Virus record (IMG/VR): IMGVR_UViG_3300031224_000002
Direction: 5' to 3' (one strand)
DNA: 36,337 bases
Source of the DNA: a virus
This document shows, piece after piece, positions 24,985 to 32,512 of this stretch. The number at the start of each line of letters is the position of its first letter. Position 1 is the stretch's first letter. The notes beneath the pieces were generated by a model that saw only the letters and a program-made list of their open reading frames with translations, did not search any database and was not told the origin of the DNA. The position numbers and the translations under genes are program-made.

Positions 24985-25043
24985 TTTTGCGTTCAAGAGG
25001 GGTAGACTTGCGGCTAGCCCCCCGTTGTGAGTTTAGCGGGCAT
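24982..25043 (-). pseudogene. Frameshifted, truncated 5' remnant of a paralog of the 24185-24394 gene
   Basis: The ATG at 25043 gives MPAKLTTGG* . Adding one G to the G6 run gives MPAKLTTGGLAASLPLLNAK*, compared with MSRIKLTSEGLAERLPLLNAKG in the intact gene. The remnant is cut off by the leader repeat. Confidence 0.45.
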
Positions 25044-25044
25044 T

Positions 25045-25368
25045 TTATTGATTGTAGCATTTGAGTTCTTTTCTTACGTCGAAATCGTCCGACTCAACTT
25101 GATACGATTGGTTATAATCGTTCTGGATTACCATGTTTCCAATTTGATGAATCATAACGTGCCAATTTTCGGCAGTCTCCGAATACAGCTTGTCGCCGTG
25201 CTCCTGAAAGAAATCATCCTCGTCGATATAATCGCGGTCGCCGTCCTCATCGATCACATACAAGGCAAATAGCTTGTCCGCTTTTTTGATTTCCCAGTCA
25301 ATCAATACGCCCTCGTCTTCACATACTGATTCAAATTTTGATTGGTCTAGTTTTGGTGTGTGGATCAT
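25045..25368 (-). CDS. Hypothetical acidic protein (107 aa)
   Basis: The ATG at 25368 is preceded by copy 2 of the 62-bp leader. The protein is very Asp/Glu-rich. Confidence 0.6.
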   Translation of the reverse strand: MIHTPKLDQSKFESVCEDEGVLIDWEIKKADKLFALYVIDEDGDRDYIDEDDFFQEHGDKLYSETAENWHVMIHQIGNMVIQNDYNQSYQVESDDFDVRKELKCYNQ

Positions 25369-25421
25369 TTTTATATTTCTCGTTTTCGTTGTGTTGTCGT
25401 TGGGCTTGTCCCTCTGATCTA
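25360..25421 (-). repeat. 62-bp leader repeat, copy 2
   Basis: See copy 1 (24923-24984). This copy starts just downstream of a TTGACG-N16-TAGGGT promoter-like element. Confidence 0.9.
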
Positions 25422-25424
25422 CCT

Positions 25425-25472
25425 ACACCCTAAACACAAAAGTTTACACGTCAACCCCAAATGTAAACTTTT
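25425..25472 (-). promoter_or_regulatory. 11-bp perfect inverted repeat with an embedded promoter-like element
   Basis: The plus strand reads AAAAGTTTACA (25438-25448), then a 13-nt spacer, then TGTAAACTTTT (25462-25472). On the minus strand the spacer holds TTGACG, followed 16 nt later by TAGGGT. Confidence 0.4.
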
Positions 25473-25594
25473 TTGTTTATTTATCACGGTAGGCATTTCG
25501 GGACAATCCCAGAGGCCGAACCTTTGCATCGACTCAACTCGCAGACTCGCGAGTCATGCCGGAGTTCGACGGAAAGATACGATCCATCACCGAC

Positions 25595-25819
25595 TCATAA
25601 TTTTAGTCTTTGGTTGATTTTACATTGTCGGCGCTTTGCCTGCTCCGCCCTTGCGCGGTCTGGCAAAAACAGTTCGCCCGGTCGATTTATCGCAGCGAGA
25701 TTCTTGACTGCTGCGACCATCTGCCGGCGTTCTTTGTATTTGTCAAAATTCGGATCGAACTTCTTCGTGATTTCATCGAGCAAAAGCCCCGTAATTAATG
25801 CGTGTTCTTGTTGGCTCAT
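25595..25819 (-). CDS. Hypothetical protein (74 aa)
   Basis: The ATG at 25819 forms an ATGA overlap with the upstream small ORF. Confidence 0.55.
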   Translation of the reverse strand: MSQQEHALITGLLLDEITKKFDPNFDKYKERRQMVAAVKNLAAINRPGELFLPDRARAEQAKRRQCKINQRLKL

Positions 25820-25914
25820 TTGATGCAGTCCTCCACGTAGCCGATTTGCAGATTGAGCGCCTTAGCTATCTCGACTTCGAGCCGAGCGCCTGCGATGTAA
25901 ATGGTGTAACTCAT
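25816..25914 (-). CDS. Possible small ORF (32 aa)
   Basis: Manual translation: MSYTIYIAGARLEVEIAKALNLQIGYVEDCIK*. It has ATGA overlaps at both ends and so links two neighbouring genes. Confidence 0.4.
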   Translation of the reverse strand: MSYTIYIAGARLEVEIAKALNLQIGYVEDCIK

Positions 25915-26117
25915 GCTACTCTCCCTTGATTCATGGTGGCTTCGTCGATGATCTCGGCGCAACGTTCGTTTCCGATCACGTTGACAAAATCACCGTCGCT
26001 GAGATTTAAAATAGCTTGAGATGTTTTCAGATAAGCTCGAAGGCTCGATCCGTCAGCCATCCTGATTCGGCCATCAGTGATGATCATTCTTTCTTGTGGC
26101 GGTCGATATATCTTCAT
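25911..26117 (-). CDS. Hypothetical protein (68 aa)
   Basis: The ATG at 26117 is preceded by AAGGAGCAAAAATAA. Confidence 0.55.
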   Translation of the reverse strand: MKIYRPPQERMIITDGRIRMADGSSLRAYLKTSQAILNLSDGDFVNVIGNERCAEIIDEATMNQGRVA

Positions 26118-26159
26118 TTATTTTTGCTCCTTACGCGGCGATAGTGTATCGACCGCTTG

Positions 26160-26342
26160 TTAAGATTCACGCCGCGCAAATATGCCGTCGTCGCCGTAGC
26201 GCATCCAGTAGCCCGGAAAGGCGTCTTTCAAAGCCGCGTAGTTTATATTGTCCGCGACTCTCGCCGCCTCAGCTATTGATCGAATAAACGATCCGCCGTG
26301 GCGTGTCATTCGGTCGAGCGTTCTCATGTCTTCGTCGCTCAT
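26160..26342 (-). CDS. Hypothetical protein (60 aa)
   Basis: The ATG at 26342 forms an ATGA overlap with the upstream gene. Confidence 0.55.
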   Translation of the reverse strand: MSDEDMRTLDRMTRHGGSFIRSIAEAARVADNINYAALKDAFPGYWMRYGDDGIFARRES

Positions 26343-26599
26343 AGTGCTGACCTTTCCGATTCAATGTTCGGCTCGCTCACATCGCCGTCATAGACCCTGC
26401 CCCAAAACATCGTGCCTTCTGGCGAGTTTGGCGCTGCCCAAATAAAACTCATAGCGAGCGCCTGCTTAAGCGTCTCATGCTCCACGTCGAGCATATCCAG
26501 CCCGCTGTGCTGCGCCTCGGTGTTTCGTATCGCCATCGCGCAAATGTCTGCTGGCAACTTATCGAACCATTCGCTAGCGGTTAGCTTTTTGCGTCTCAT
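26339..26599 (-). CDS. Hypothetical protein (86 aa)
   Basis: The ATG at 26599 forms an ATGA overlap with the upstream micro-ORF and is preceded by GAAAGGAAAACT. Confidence 0.55.
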   Translation of the reverse strand: MRRKKLTASEWFDKLPADICAMAIRNTEAQHSGLDMLDVEHETLKQALAMSFIWAAPNSPEGTMFWGRVYDGDVSEPNIESERSAL

Positions 26600-26694
26600 A
26601 GTTTTCCTTTCAGTTCTTCGGCGATCAGAAAGATCGCCATTGTAGTTGGCATCGCGAAGATCGCGAGTGCTAAAATTTGGATTATTTCAGTCAT
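26596..26694 (-). CDS. Possible single-pass membrane micro-protein (32 aa)
   Basis: Manual translation: MTEIIQILALAIFAMPTTMAIFLIAEELKGKL*. The ATG lies 4 nt after the ASCH gene stop. The longer track ORF (26596-26832) overlaps the ASCH gene. Confidence 0.4.
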   Translation of the reverse strand: MTEIIQILALAIFAMPTTMAIFLIAEELKGKL

Positions 26695-26698
26695 GTTT

Positions 26699-27277
26699 TT
26701 AATCGTCTGAGTTTTGATTGTATTTATCCCAAGCGAGCCAGCAGTCTTCGCAGAGGACTTCTTTGCTTGGCTCGATTGGCTTATTGCAGTCTTGGCATAA
26801 TGCCCATGGCTTCTGTAGATTGAAAAATCCAAGCGCCCCTTTGCATGGCGTGAATGGAAGCGGACGGGCGTTCTTTAGCAAAAAGCCGTAATCACCCATA
26901 AACCAATTGGAGTCGGAACTATCCACGCAATCAACTATTTCGGCCACACCGACAACGCCGCCCCGTTGCAACTCGGACAGTTTCGGCAGGTTGTTGACCC
27001 CGCAATATTGGATGGCGAAAAATTTAGCATCATCGTATTCATCGCGGGTGCAGCCCTTCCCGGCGTGAACTAAAAAGCGACCTCGAAAGTTTGTCTTCCA
27101 GCTACGATTCTCTATGTCTTTGCCAGCATTGACAATGAGCCATGCCCAAGGCTGTCTGATCGAGAGCGCGGGCAGTTTCGGCAAGTCCAAAACAGAACCA
27201 GCCGGAGCAGGACAGTCCAGCTCGCGCTCGGTTATTTGAGGCATTTCATCCTCTAGTAGATTCATTTGTTTTTCCAT
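26699..27277 (-). CDS. ASCH (PUA-like) domain protein with a C-terminal Cys-rich tail
   Basis: LSIRQPWAWLIVNAGKDIENRSWKTNFRGRFLVHAG is a typical ASCH N-terminus. The tail is CQDCNKPIEPSKEVLCEDC. I placed the start at MEKQ (27277); the track start at 27334 is a GTG inside the promoter-like element. Confidence 0.7.
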   Translation of the reverse strand: MEKQMNLLEDEMPQITERELDCPAPAGSVLDLPKLPALSIRQPWAWLIVNAGKDIENRSWKTNFRGRFLVHAGKGCTRDEYDDAKFFAIQYCGVNNLPKLSELQRGGVVGVAEIVDCVDSSDSNWFMGDYGFLLKNARPLPFTPCKGALGFFNLQKPWALCQDCNKPIEPSKEVLCEDCWLAWDKYNQNSDD

Positions 27278-27322
27278 AGTTTTAGTATTTCGTTCGTCAC
27301 GTTTGTCGCTTCGATGACAAGG

Positions 27323-27356
27323 AAAGTAGCGCACCGAATACCCTTGTCAATACGTT
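27323..27356 (-). promoter_or_regulatory. Promoter-like site A (AACGTATTGACAAGGG-N12-TACTTT)
   Basis: On the minus strand, TTGACA is at 27350-27345, followed by a 16-nt spacer and TACTTT at 27328-27323. The 16-mer AACGTATTGACAAGGG is identical to site B. Confidence 0.55.
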
Positions 27357-28948
27357 TATTGATTTAATTCATGTCTTTTGATTTTTAGATATTTGCCCTC
27401 ATACGCGACCTCAATCCGAGCAGTCAAAGCATTGATGCGCTCGCCGTTGCAATCTGCGAGCATATCGGCAGTCGATTCGTAGCGAGGCAGGCCGCGCTCA
27501 TGTAGCCATTCGCTCGCTTTCGTCCTGCCGTAGCCTTCGTGGTCAAGGACTAGCCATTCTTTTACCAACGTTAGCCCGCAGCGATAATTGACGACGACTG
27601 AATCGGGCTTGCCCTGCTTGCGATGTAGCGCAAGCGACACGCCGTCCACGTTAAGCCATCGCGACGCATTCAAAAGCTCGCCATGCGCTGCTCTCGCTTC
27701 GTGCATCGTCCGCTCGCGCTTTTCCTCTGCCTCAAACATCTCTCGCTGAATCGGCGGAATAACAGTGCCGCAAGACGGACATTTTTTCACCGCGCGACTG
27801 AATACGTTTTCGCAGTTGCCGCAGGTCGCGAGTCGCACGTCATCATCGTCGACGAGATCAATCGGGCCATGTCGCATGATGTTGTCTCCGTAGTCAAGAA
27901 CTAGGCAGTCAGTCTTGCCGTCGAATAAGCGAAGCCCTCGGCCTACCGCTTGCACCCATAGACCTTTGCTCTGAGTCGGTCGAAGCATCGCGACACAATC
28001 AACTCGCTTTGCGTTAAAGCCTTCAAAGAAGACATTGACCGACAATAAATATTGAATCCGCCCGGCTTTGAATTCGTCGACCAGGCGCTCGCGTTCTCGC
28101 ATCGGCGTCTTGCCTGTTACCGTTTCAGACTGCACGCCATATTTGCGCAGCTCTTGAGATACGTGTTCACAGTGTTCAATGTCGATGCAAAATACGATGA
28201 TGCTTTTGCGTGCTTCACTGCGCACTTTGTCAACCATATCGCGCACCGCTTGAGTCACAACGTCCGCCTTGTCCACTCGTAAAGCCAAGTCCTTAAGATT
28301 GTATTCGCCAGCAGTCTTTTTGACGCCTTCGAGATTGAGCGCCGTATGCTCACCCTCGACTGTTCGCAGTCGAGAGAGATAGCCATCGCGAATCAACTCG
28401 CCGAGGTTCGCAGAGTAGCAGACGTGATTGAGTATGTGATCGCGGTGGCAGATTGCGCCCGTCCCCATTCGATACGGCGTCGCAGTCAAGCCGACGATTC
28501 TGAGTGACGCATTGCGCTCAGTCATCGCGTCAATAAACTTTCGATATTTGCCTTCGCCTCGAACCGGGATCCGGTGCGCTTCGTCGATCAGTAGAACGTC
28601 CTGTGGCGGGAAGTCCGACGCTCGCTTGGCGACTGAATCAATCGAAGCGAACGTGATCGCGCTGAGAGTCTGGCGAAGCTTGAGCGACGCGGCGAATATG
28701 CCAACGTCGAGCGTCGAGTCGATGTCGTGAAGCTCGGCGGCGTTCTGCTCGACCAACTCTTTGCGATGCGCGAGAACCATCACGCGCAAAGTCGGGCAGA
28801 CGTTGAGCCATTGGCGAATGAGTAGAGCCATGACAAGCGATTTGCCGCTTCCAGTTGGCAATACGATGCACGGATTGTCGTCTCGGTCGCGCAGGTGCGC
28901 GTTTACGGCGTCGATGGCTTCGTTTTGATAGAGGCGTGGTTGTAGCAT
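27356..28948 (-). CDS. SF2 DEAH-box helicase with a Zn-ribbon
   Basis: It carries motif I LPTGSGKS, motif II LIDEAHR and motif III GLTATP, plus CGNCENVFSRAVKKCPSCG. I placed the start at MLQPRLYQ (28948). The start at 29092 would overlap the upstream gene by 100 nt. Confidence 0.85.
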   Translation of the reverse strand: MLQPRLYQNEAIDAVNAHLRDRDDNPCIVLPTGSGKSLVMALLIRQWLNVCPTLRVMVLAHRKELVEQNAAELHDIDSTLDVGIFAASLKLRQTLSAITFASIDSVAKRASDFPPQDVLLIDEAHRIPVRGEGKYRKFIDAMTERNASLRIVGLTATPYRMGTGAICHRDHILNHVCYSANLGELIRDGYLSRLRTVEGEHTALNLEGVKKTAGEYNLKDLALRVDKADVVTQAVRDMVDKVRSEARKSIIVFCIDIEHCEHVSQELRKYGVQSETVTGKTPMRERERLVDEFKAGRIQYLLSVNVFFEGFNAKRVDCVAMLRPTQSKGLWVQAVGRGLRLFDGKTDCLVLDYGDNIMRHGPIDLVDDDDVRLATCGNCENVFSRAVKKCPSCGTVIPPIQREMFEAEEKRERTMHEARAAHGELLNASRWLNVDGVSLALHRKQGKPDSVVVNYRCGLTLVKEWLVLDHEGYGRTKASEWLHERGLPRYESTADMLADCNGERINALTARIEVAYEGKYLKIKRHELNQ

Positions 28949-28991
28949 TAAAAAGTGCCGCAGATTTCCCGCTGCGGCGCCGGGTTGGTAG

Positions 28992-29354
28992 TTAGATGAC
29001 AGCGACCGTGACCGCCGCCTTGCGCGGCGTTGTCGTGACCATTTTCGAGACGCGACCGAACTCCATCGGATCGGATTCGCGCAGAGCCTCATATGCTTTC
29101 ACATCGAGATCGGTCTTTGTCGTCACCTTGAGGCAGTGCGCAGGGATGTCCGCGCCCTTGTCCAGCTTGTAACTCAGCCCGGTCTTGAGCGTCAGTTTTA
29201 TGCCGTTGTCGGTCTTGACTGTTTTCGAGCCAGATTCAGCGAGATCAAACTGCGCCAGAATCGCGTCCTCGCATTCGATGCGCTGTGCTTTCGCCTCAGC
29301 TTCGGCGAATCTCGCATTGACGAGATTGAGGGCTAGTTGGTTTACATCTCCCAT
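28992..29354 (-). CDS. Hypothetical protein (120 aa) in the recombination module
   Basis: The ATG at 29354 is preceded by AGGAGG. I recognise no motif. Confidence 0.6.
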   Translation of the reverse strand: MGDVNQLALNLVNARFAEAEAKAQRIECEDAILAQFDLAESGSKTVKTDNGIKLTLKTGLSYKLDKGADIPAHCLKVTTKTDLDVKAYEALRESDPMEFGRVSKMVTTTPRKAAVTVAVI

Positions 29355-29839
29355 GGTTTTTTGCCTCCTGCTGCTGCTGGTGCTGGTGCTTGAGGCGCTG
29401 GCGTTGCGGCTGTCTGCGTTTGTGTAGCCGCTGACGAATACTTCTTTATTACGTTGCGAGTCGCGTCCTTTTTGTCGATGCCCACGCTCGCGATAAACGT
29501 GCCGCCGATCAACTCGTCTGAGTCCTGGACGATAGGCTTGCCAATAGCTCTGCCAAGCGCGGCAAACTCAGCATTGCCGATCTTCTGCGCCTTTTCGTTT
29601 GAGTGACGCAGATTGAACCAGACAAAGAGTTTGCGCCCTTTGTGCGATTGATCGTCGACGTGGCCGATAACGTCAAACTGCACGTTACAGCCGACCCCTT
29701 CGCCGTTCTTGGTTTCTTTGACTTCCGCCTTCTCGATTTCGAGAAAGTAGTCGCCTACTGGCAGCGGCGAATCATCGCGCATCTGTTCATGTTCCTCGGC
29801 TTTAAATCCGCCGTCGAAGTATTTTGATATATCTGACAT
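29342..29839 (-). CDS. DUF669-like (SSB-like) protein
   Basis: A 165-aa ORF. The pattern PLPVGDYFLEIEKAEVKETKNGEG..FVWFNLRHSNEKAQKIG..L matches my recollection of DUF669 proteins that accompany Sak4. It also has a Pro/Ala/Gln-rich tail. Confidence 0.65.
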   Translation of the reverse strand: MSDISKYFDGGFKAEEHEQMRDDSPLPVGDYFLEIEKAEVKETKNGEGVGCNVQFDVIGHVDDQSHKGRKLFVWFNLRHSNEKAQKIGNAEFAALGRAIGKPIVQDSDELIGGTFIASVGIDKKDATRNVIKKYSSAATQTQTAATPAPQAPAPAAAGGKKPWEM

Positions 29840-29855
29840 AGTTTTTTATTTGGTT

Positions 29856-30629
29856 TTATTGTTGAGCCGCTTCTGCGACTGAGTTCGTGAAATCCACCCA
29901 TGAGAGCGGAAGTTTATAAGGCAGGCGTCCGTAAACGCCGCGCCCGCCGCCCGGATGACCCGGACGCTTCTGGGTGAACAGAAAGCGAGCGCCGGTAAGA
30001 TCCTTACCGGTTTTCTTTTCCTTGTTGAATCCGACCTCCTCCGTCTTAACGACTGTCTCGTTATTGGCGAACAGAATTGAGTCGGCCCAACGCTGTAGCG
30101 AGAGATGCACTTTCTCGTGCAGGTCGAACTGGAACTGATCGTATGACGCGCCAAGTGGATCGTCGAAGCGTTTTACTTTGACGTGACCGATCAGAATGAC
30201 GGCGATGCCTTTCTGGCGGAGCATATCAAGTCCCTCCATCAAGTCCCGCCACTTGTTCGCTGCTTCGATATAGCCTTTGCCGTATCCGCCGCCGACTTTC
30301 TCGATTGAGTCGCACTTGTTTTCAGCGCATAGCTTCGCCCAAATGACAGGTTCGAGCGCAGATGCCGAATCAATGATGAACGTTTTGTATTCATGCTCCT
30401 CTTTGATGAGAGTGGCGACGGCATTGAGAACATCGTCAAACGTCTCGGCGCGTGGGAATTTCGCCACATCGAGATCGTCGACGCCTTCCTCACCTTTGAT
30501 CGGCAAGAAAATTGGCGAGTCTGCGCCAGCGGCAAATGTGCTTTTGCCGATCTTCTCGACTCCGAGTAGAACGATGCGCGGTGCTTTATGCTCCACGCCT
30601 TTTTTGATGCTGTTGAGGTCAAAGCTCAT
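29856..30629 (-). CDS. Sak4-like (AAA_24) RecA-core ATPase
   Basis: A 257-aa ORF with Walker A GVEKIGKST, Walker B-like TFIIDS and VILIGHVK. It sits next to the DUF669-like protein and the helicase. Confidence 0.75.
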   Translation of the reverse strand: MSFDLNSIKKGVEHKAPRIVLLGVEKIGKSTFAAGADSPIFLPIKGEEGVDDLDVAKFPRAETFDDVLNAVATLIKEEHEYKTFIIDSASALEPVIWAKLCAENKCDSIEKVGGGYGKGYIEAANKWRDLMEGLDMLRQKGIAVILIGHVKVKRFDDPLGASYDQFQFDLHEKVHLSLQRWADSILFANNETVVKTEEVGFNKEKKTGKDLTGARFLFTQKRPGHPGGGRGVYGRLPYKLPLSWVDFTNSVAEAAQQ

Positions 30630-30796
30630 GATTTGCGCCCTCCCTTATCGTCTGGTGTGATTGTCACCGAGGCTGGATAGCCGCGTTGCCCAATGATGTT
30701 GATACGGAATGCTCGCACTCCGACAGTAGTTTCTAGCTGATCGAGAATCTCCTCGATAGCTTCTTCCGCGTCGCGGATCGTTTCTTTAATGTCCAT
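30626..30796 (-). CDS. Possible small ORF (56 aa)
   Basis: Manual translation: MDIKETIRDAEEAIEEILDQLETTVGVRAFRINIIGQRGYPASVTITPDDKGGRKS*. It forms an ATGA overlap with the Sak4-like gene and has a CCAACCAATAATAAC leader. Confidence 0.45.
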   Translation of the reverse strand: MDIKETIRDAEEAIEEILDQLETTVGVRAFRINIIGQRGYPASVTITPDDKGGRKS

Positions 30797-30832
30797 GTTA
30801 TTATTGGTTGGTTTTCTTTGTTATCTTAGTTT

Positions 30833-30860
30833 TTCAAGATGGAATAAATCCCATCTTGAA
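30833..30860. other. Perfect 10-bp stem-loop in an AT-rich spacer
   Basis: Sequence: TTCAAGATGG-aataaatc-CCATCTTGAA. On the plus strand it is followed by tagaTTTTATTTTTT, and on the minus strand by AAAACT. Confidence 0.5.
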
Positions 30861-30902
30861 TAGATTTTATTTTTTCGTAAAACTCCGTGAACTCTAGAAT
30901 AT

Positions 30903-32171
30903 CTAAAACGGAATGAAACTTTCCCGAATCTCGGCAGAGTTGCCGGAAATTATAATGCAGCATTGACCGCGAAACGCTGCTGCGCTCCATCCGTCGCCGT
31001 CTTGAGTGTAGTTCGGTCGAACCATCGGCACTTGGTAACGATCCTCGAAAGCGCCCTTGAGTTGTTCGACCGTGCCGGCCCATACTTGATTCACTTCTGC
31101 ATTGTTGAGCGAATACATTTGCTGCAAATCTGGCTTGCCGTCGTTAGCGTTATCGCCGCTAAATACAAGATGCTTGCTTGTCGTCTGCAAGATGGCCGAT
31201 GGATATTGTCCGCGAGCCTCGTCGCTGCCATGCTCCCAAATCGTGCCGTCTTCGCTTGTAAACTCAATCGCGCTTGATCCGTCAGCATTCGTAATCGAGT
31301 CAGTCGGCTCGGCGAATCCAATTAAGCCGGGCAAAAATAAATGCTCGCTGCAGACCTCGACGGCTTCTTTGTCGTGCTTCGCGCAGTGCCAATTGCCGTC
31401 TTTGACGGGCGAGGCGTGGACGCATTGGCGGCAGTGCAGCTTCGGCACATCGACTGCGACCTCAGAGACGCCGTGGCATAGCTCGCGAGCGTCGCAGAAC
31501 TTGCAAGCGAAGGCATCTGGCCGGTCGCTTATTCGCTCAGGTGGCGTCGTCGCATTGATAATAGATTGAGCCTTCGCGATAATCGCCTCGCTGCGCGTCT
31601 TATCGTAGCGCAGGCGCTCAGTGTAGAGCGCGTCTGTGTCTTTGTTTACGACCATGTAAAGAGCGCGTTTAAGCCCCGTCAGATGCATGTAAACTTGCAT
31701 CTGAGCAAAGTGCTGCGGCTTCGCTTTCTCGCAGCCTTCCTTTTCGACCTTCGCGAAAAGCTTTGCGCTCGACGTTTTCATTTCGAGCAAATGCCAAGTT
31801 TTCGGAGCTTCTGGAATGCCGAGAGCCGCGCCGTCAGTGTGGCCTTTGAAATGCCCGTCGCAGGCGATGACTTCAAACTGATTGCCGTCTGCGCCGACTT
31901 CGTGGACTTCGCAGCCGATGCCGCGAAGCTCCTCGACGAAGGTCGGCTCTTCGCGATGGCCGCGATTAAATAAGCGGTAAAGCCGGGCGTCGAATTTCGG
32001 CTCGCTACACTTGCGAAACGAATACCATAGCTGTCGACTGCATTCTGCGCCGATACTCGATGCGCCGAGATAGCCGCGCGGCTCCTCAGATTGCCCGCGC
32101 TTGAGCCAATACGCTTCGATGGCTTCGACTGTTGCCGATTTAGTCGGCAAGACTTTTGATAGGTCTGTCAT
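30903..32171 (-). CDS. Cas4/RecB-like PD-(D/E)XK exonuclease (Fe-S type) fused to an unknown Cys/His-rich C-terminal domain
   Basis: A 422-aa ORF. It has GHTDG...LLEMKT (D...ExK) and QMQVY (QxxxY). It also has Cys at AECSRQ plus CKFCDARELC, which gives the Cas4-type C...CxxCx5C pattern. Residues from about 235 to 422 add CRQCVH..WHCAKH..VCSEH and have no motif I recognise. Confidence 0.75.
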   Translation of the reverse strand: MTDLSKVLPTKSATVEAIEAYWLKRGQSEEPRGYLGASSIGAECSRQLWYSFRKCSEPKFDARLYRLFNRGHREEPTFVEELRGIGCEVHEVGADGNQFEVIACDGHFKGHTDGAALGIPEAPKTWHLLEMKTSSAKLFAKVEKEGCEKAKPQHFAQMQVYMHLTGLKRALYMVVNKDTDALYTERLRYDKTRSEAIIAKAQSIINATTPPERISDRPDAFACKFCDARELCHGVSEVAVDVPKLHCRQCVHASPVKDGNWHCAKHDKEAVEVCSEHLFLPGLIGFAEPTDSITNADGSSAIEFTSEDGTIWEHGSDEARGQYPSAILQTTSKHLVFSGDNANDGKPDLQQMYSLNNAEVNQVWAGTVEQLKGAFEDRYQVPMVRPNYTQDGDGWSAAAFRGQCCIIISGNSAEIRESFIPF

Positions 32172-32205
32172 GATTATTTAGTATTATTATTTATTCCCTG
32201 CGCCC

Positions 32206-32232
32206 AAAAAGCCCGACTCTTTCGAGTCAGGC
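32206..32232 (-). terminator. Stem-loop with U-run (terminator or 5'-UTR hairpin)
   Basis: Minus-sense sequence: GCCUGACUC-gaaa-GAGUCGGGC-UUUUU. It lies between promoter-like site B and the nuclease ATG at 32171. Confidence 0.6.
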
Positions 32233-32278
32233 TGTTGAGGTTCAATGGTTGGCGAGTTAGTCGTTGATGACGAAGGCC

Positions 32279-32294
32279 CCCTTGTCAATACGTT
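32279..32294 (-). promoter_or_regulatory. Site B: AACGTATTGACAAGGG
   Basis: An exact 16-mer match to site A (27341-27356). I found no convincing -10 hexamer at 16-18 nt. Confidence 0.45.
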
Positions 32295-32311
32295 AATCAA
32301 ATAAAACTCAT

Positions 32312-32485
32312 TTATTTTTTTCGACGCAATCTGCCGACTGAATCGCGCTCGAATCGCTGTGGATACGCGATGCGCTCAAGCTCGTTGAGACCGCGCTGAA
32401 CTTCCTCGCGAAAAATCGGAACTCTCGACTCCGCTGCGTTATACAATGCCCGAAGGCTTTTCGTTTGTCGTGTTGTCAGTTGCAT
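32312..32485 (-). CDS. Hypothetical basic protein (57 aa from the ATG at 32485)
   Basis: The track start at 32509 is a GTG only 9 nt from the TTGACA of site C. The first ATG gives MQLTTRQTKSLRALYNAAE... Confidence 0.5.
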   Translation of the reverse strand: MQLTTRQTKSLRALYNAAESRVPIFREEVQRGLNELERIAYPQRFERDSVGRLRRKK

Positions 32486-32512
32486 AGGCTCGCAACTTGA
32501 GCGAGTCACGTC

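Noticed and set aside
28949-29092. The long form of the helicase ORF (start at 29092, MRLCANPIRWSSVASRKWSRQRRARRR...).
   Set aside because: It overlaps the upstream 120-aa gene by 100 nt with an Arg/Ser-rich junk-like sequence. The helicase Q-motif region begins right after the ATG at 28948 (MLQPRLYQ).
30826-31083. An 85-aa minus-strand ORF overlapping the 3' end of the nuclease gene and the AT-rich spacer.
   Set aside because: It is in an alternative frame of a strongly supported gene. It runs through the hairpin spacer and has no start context.
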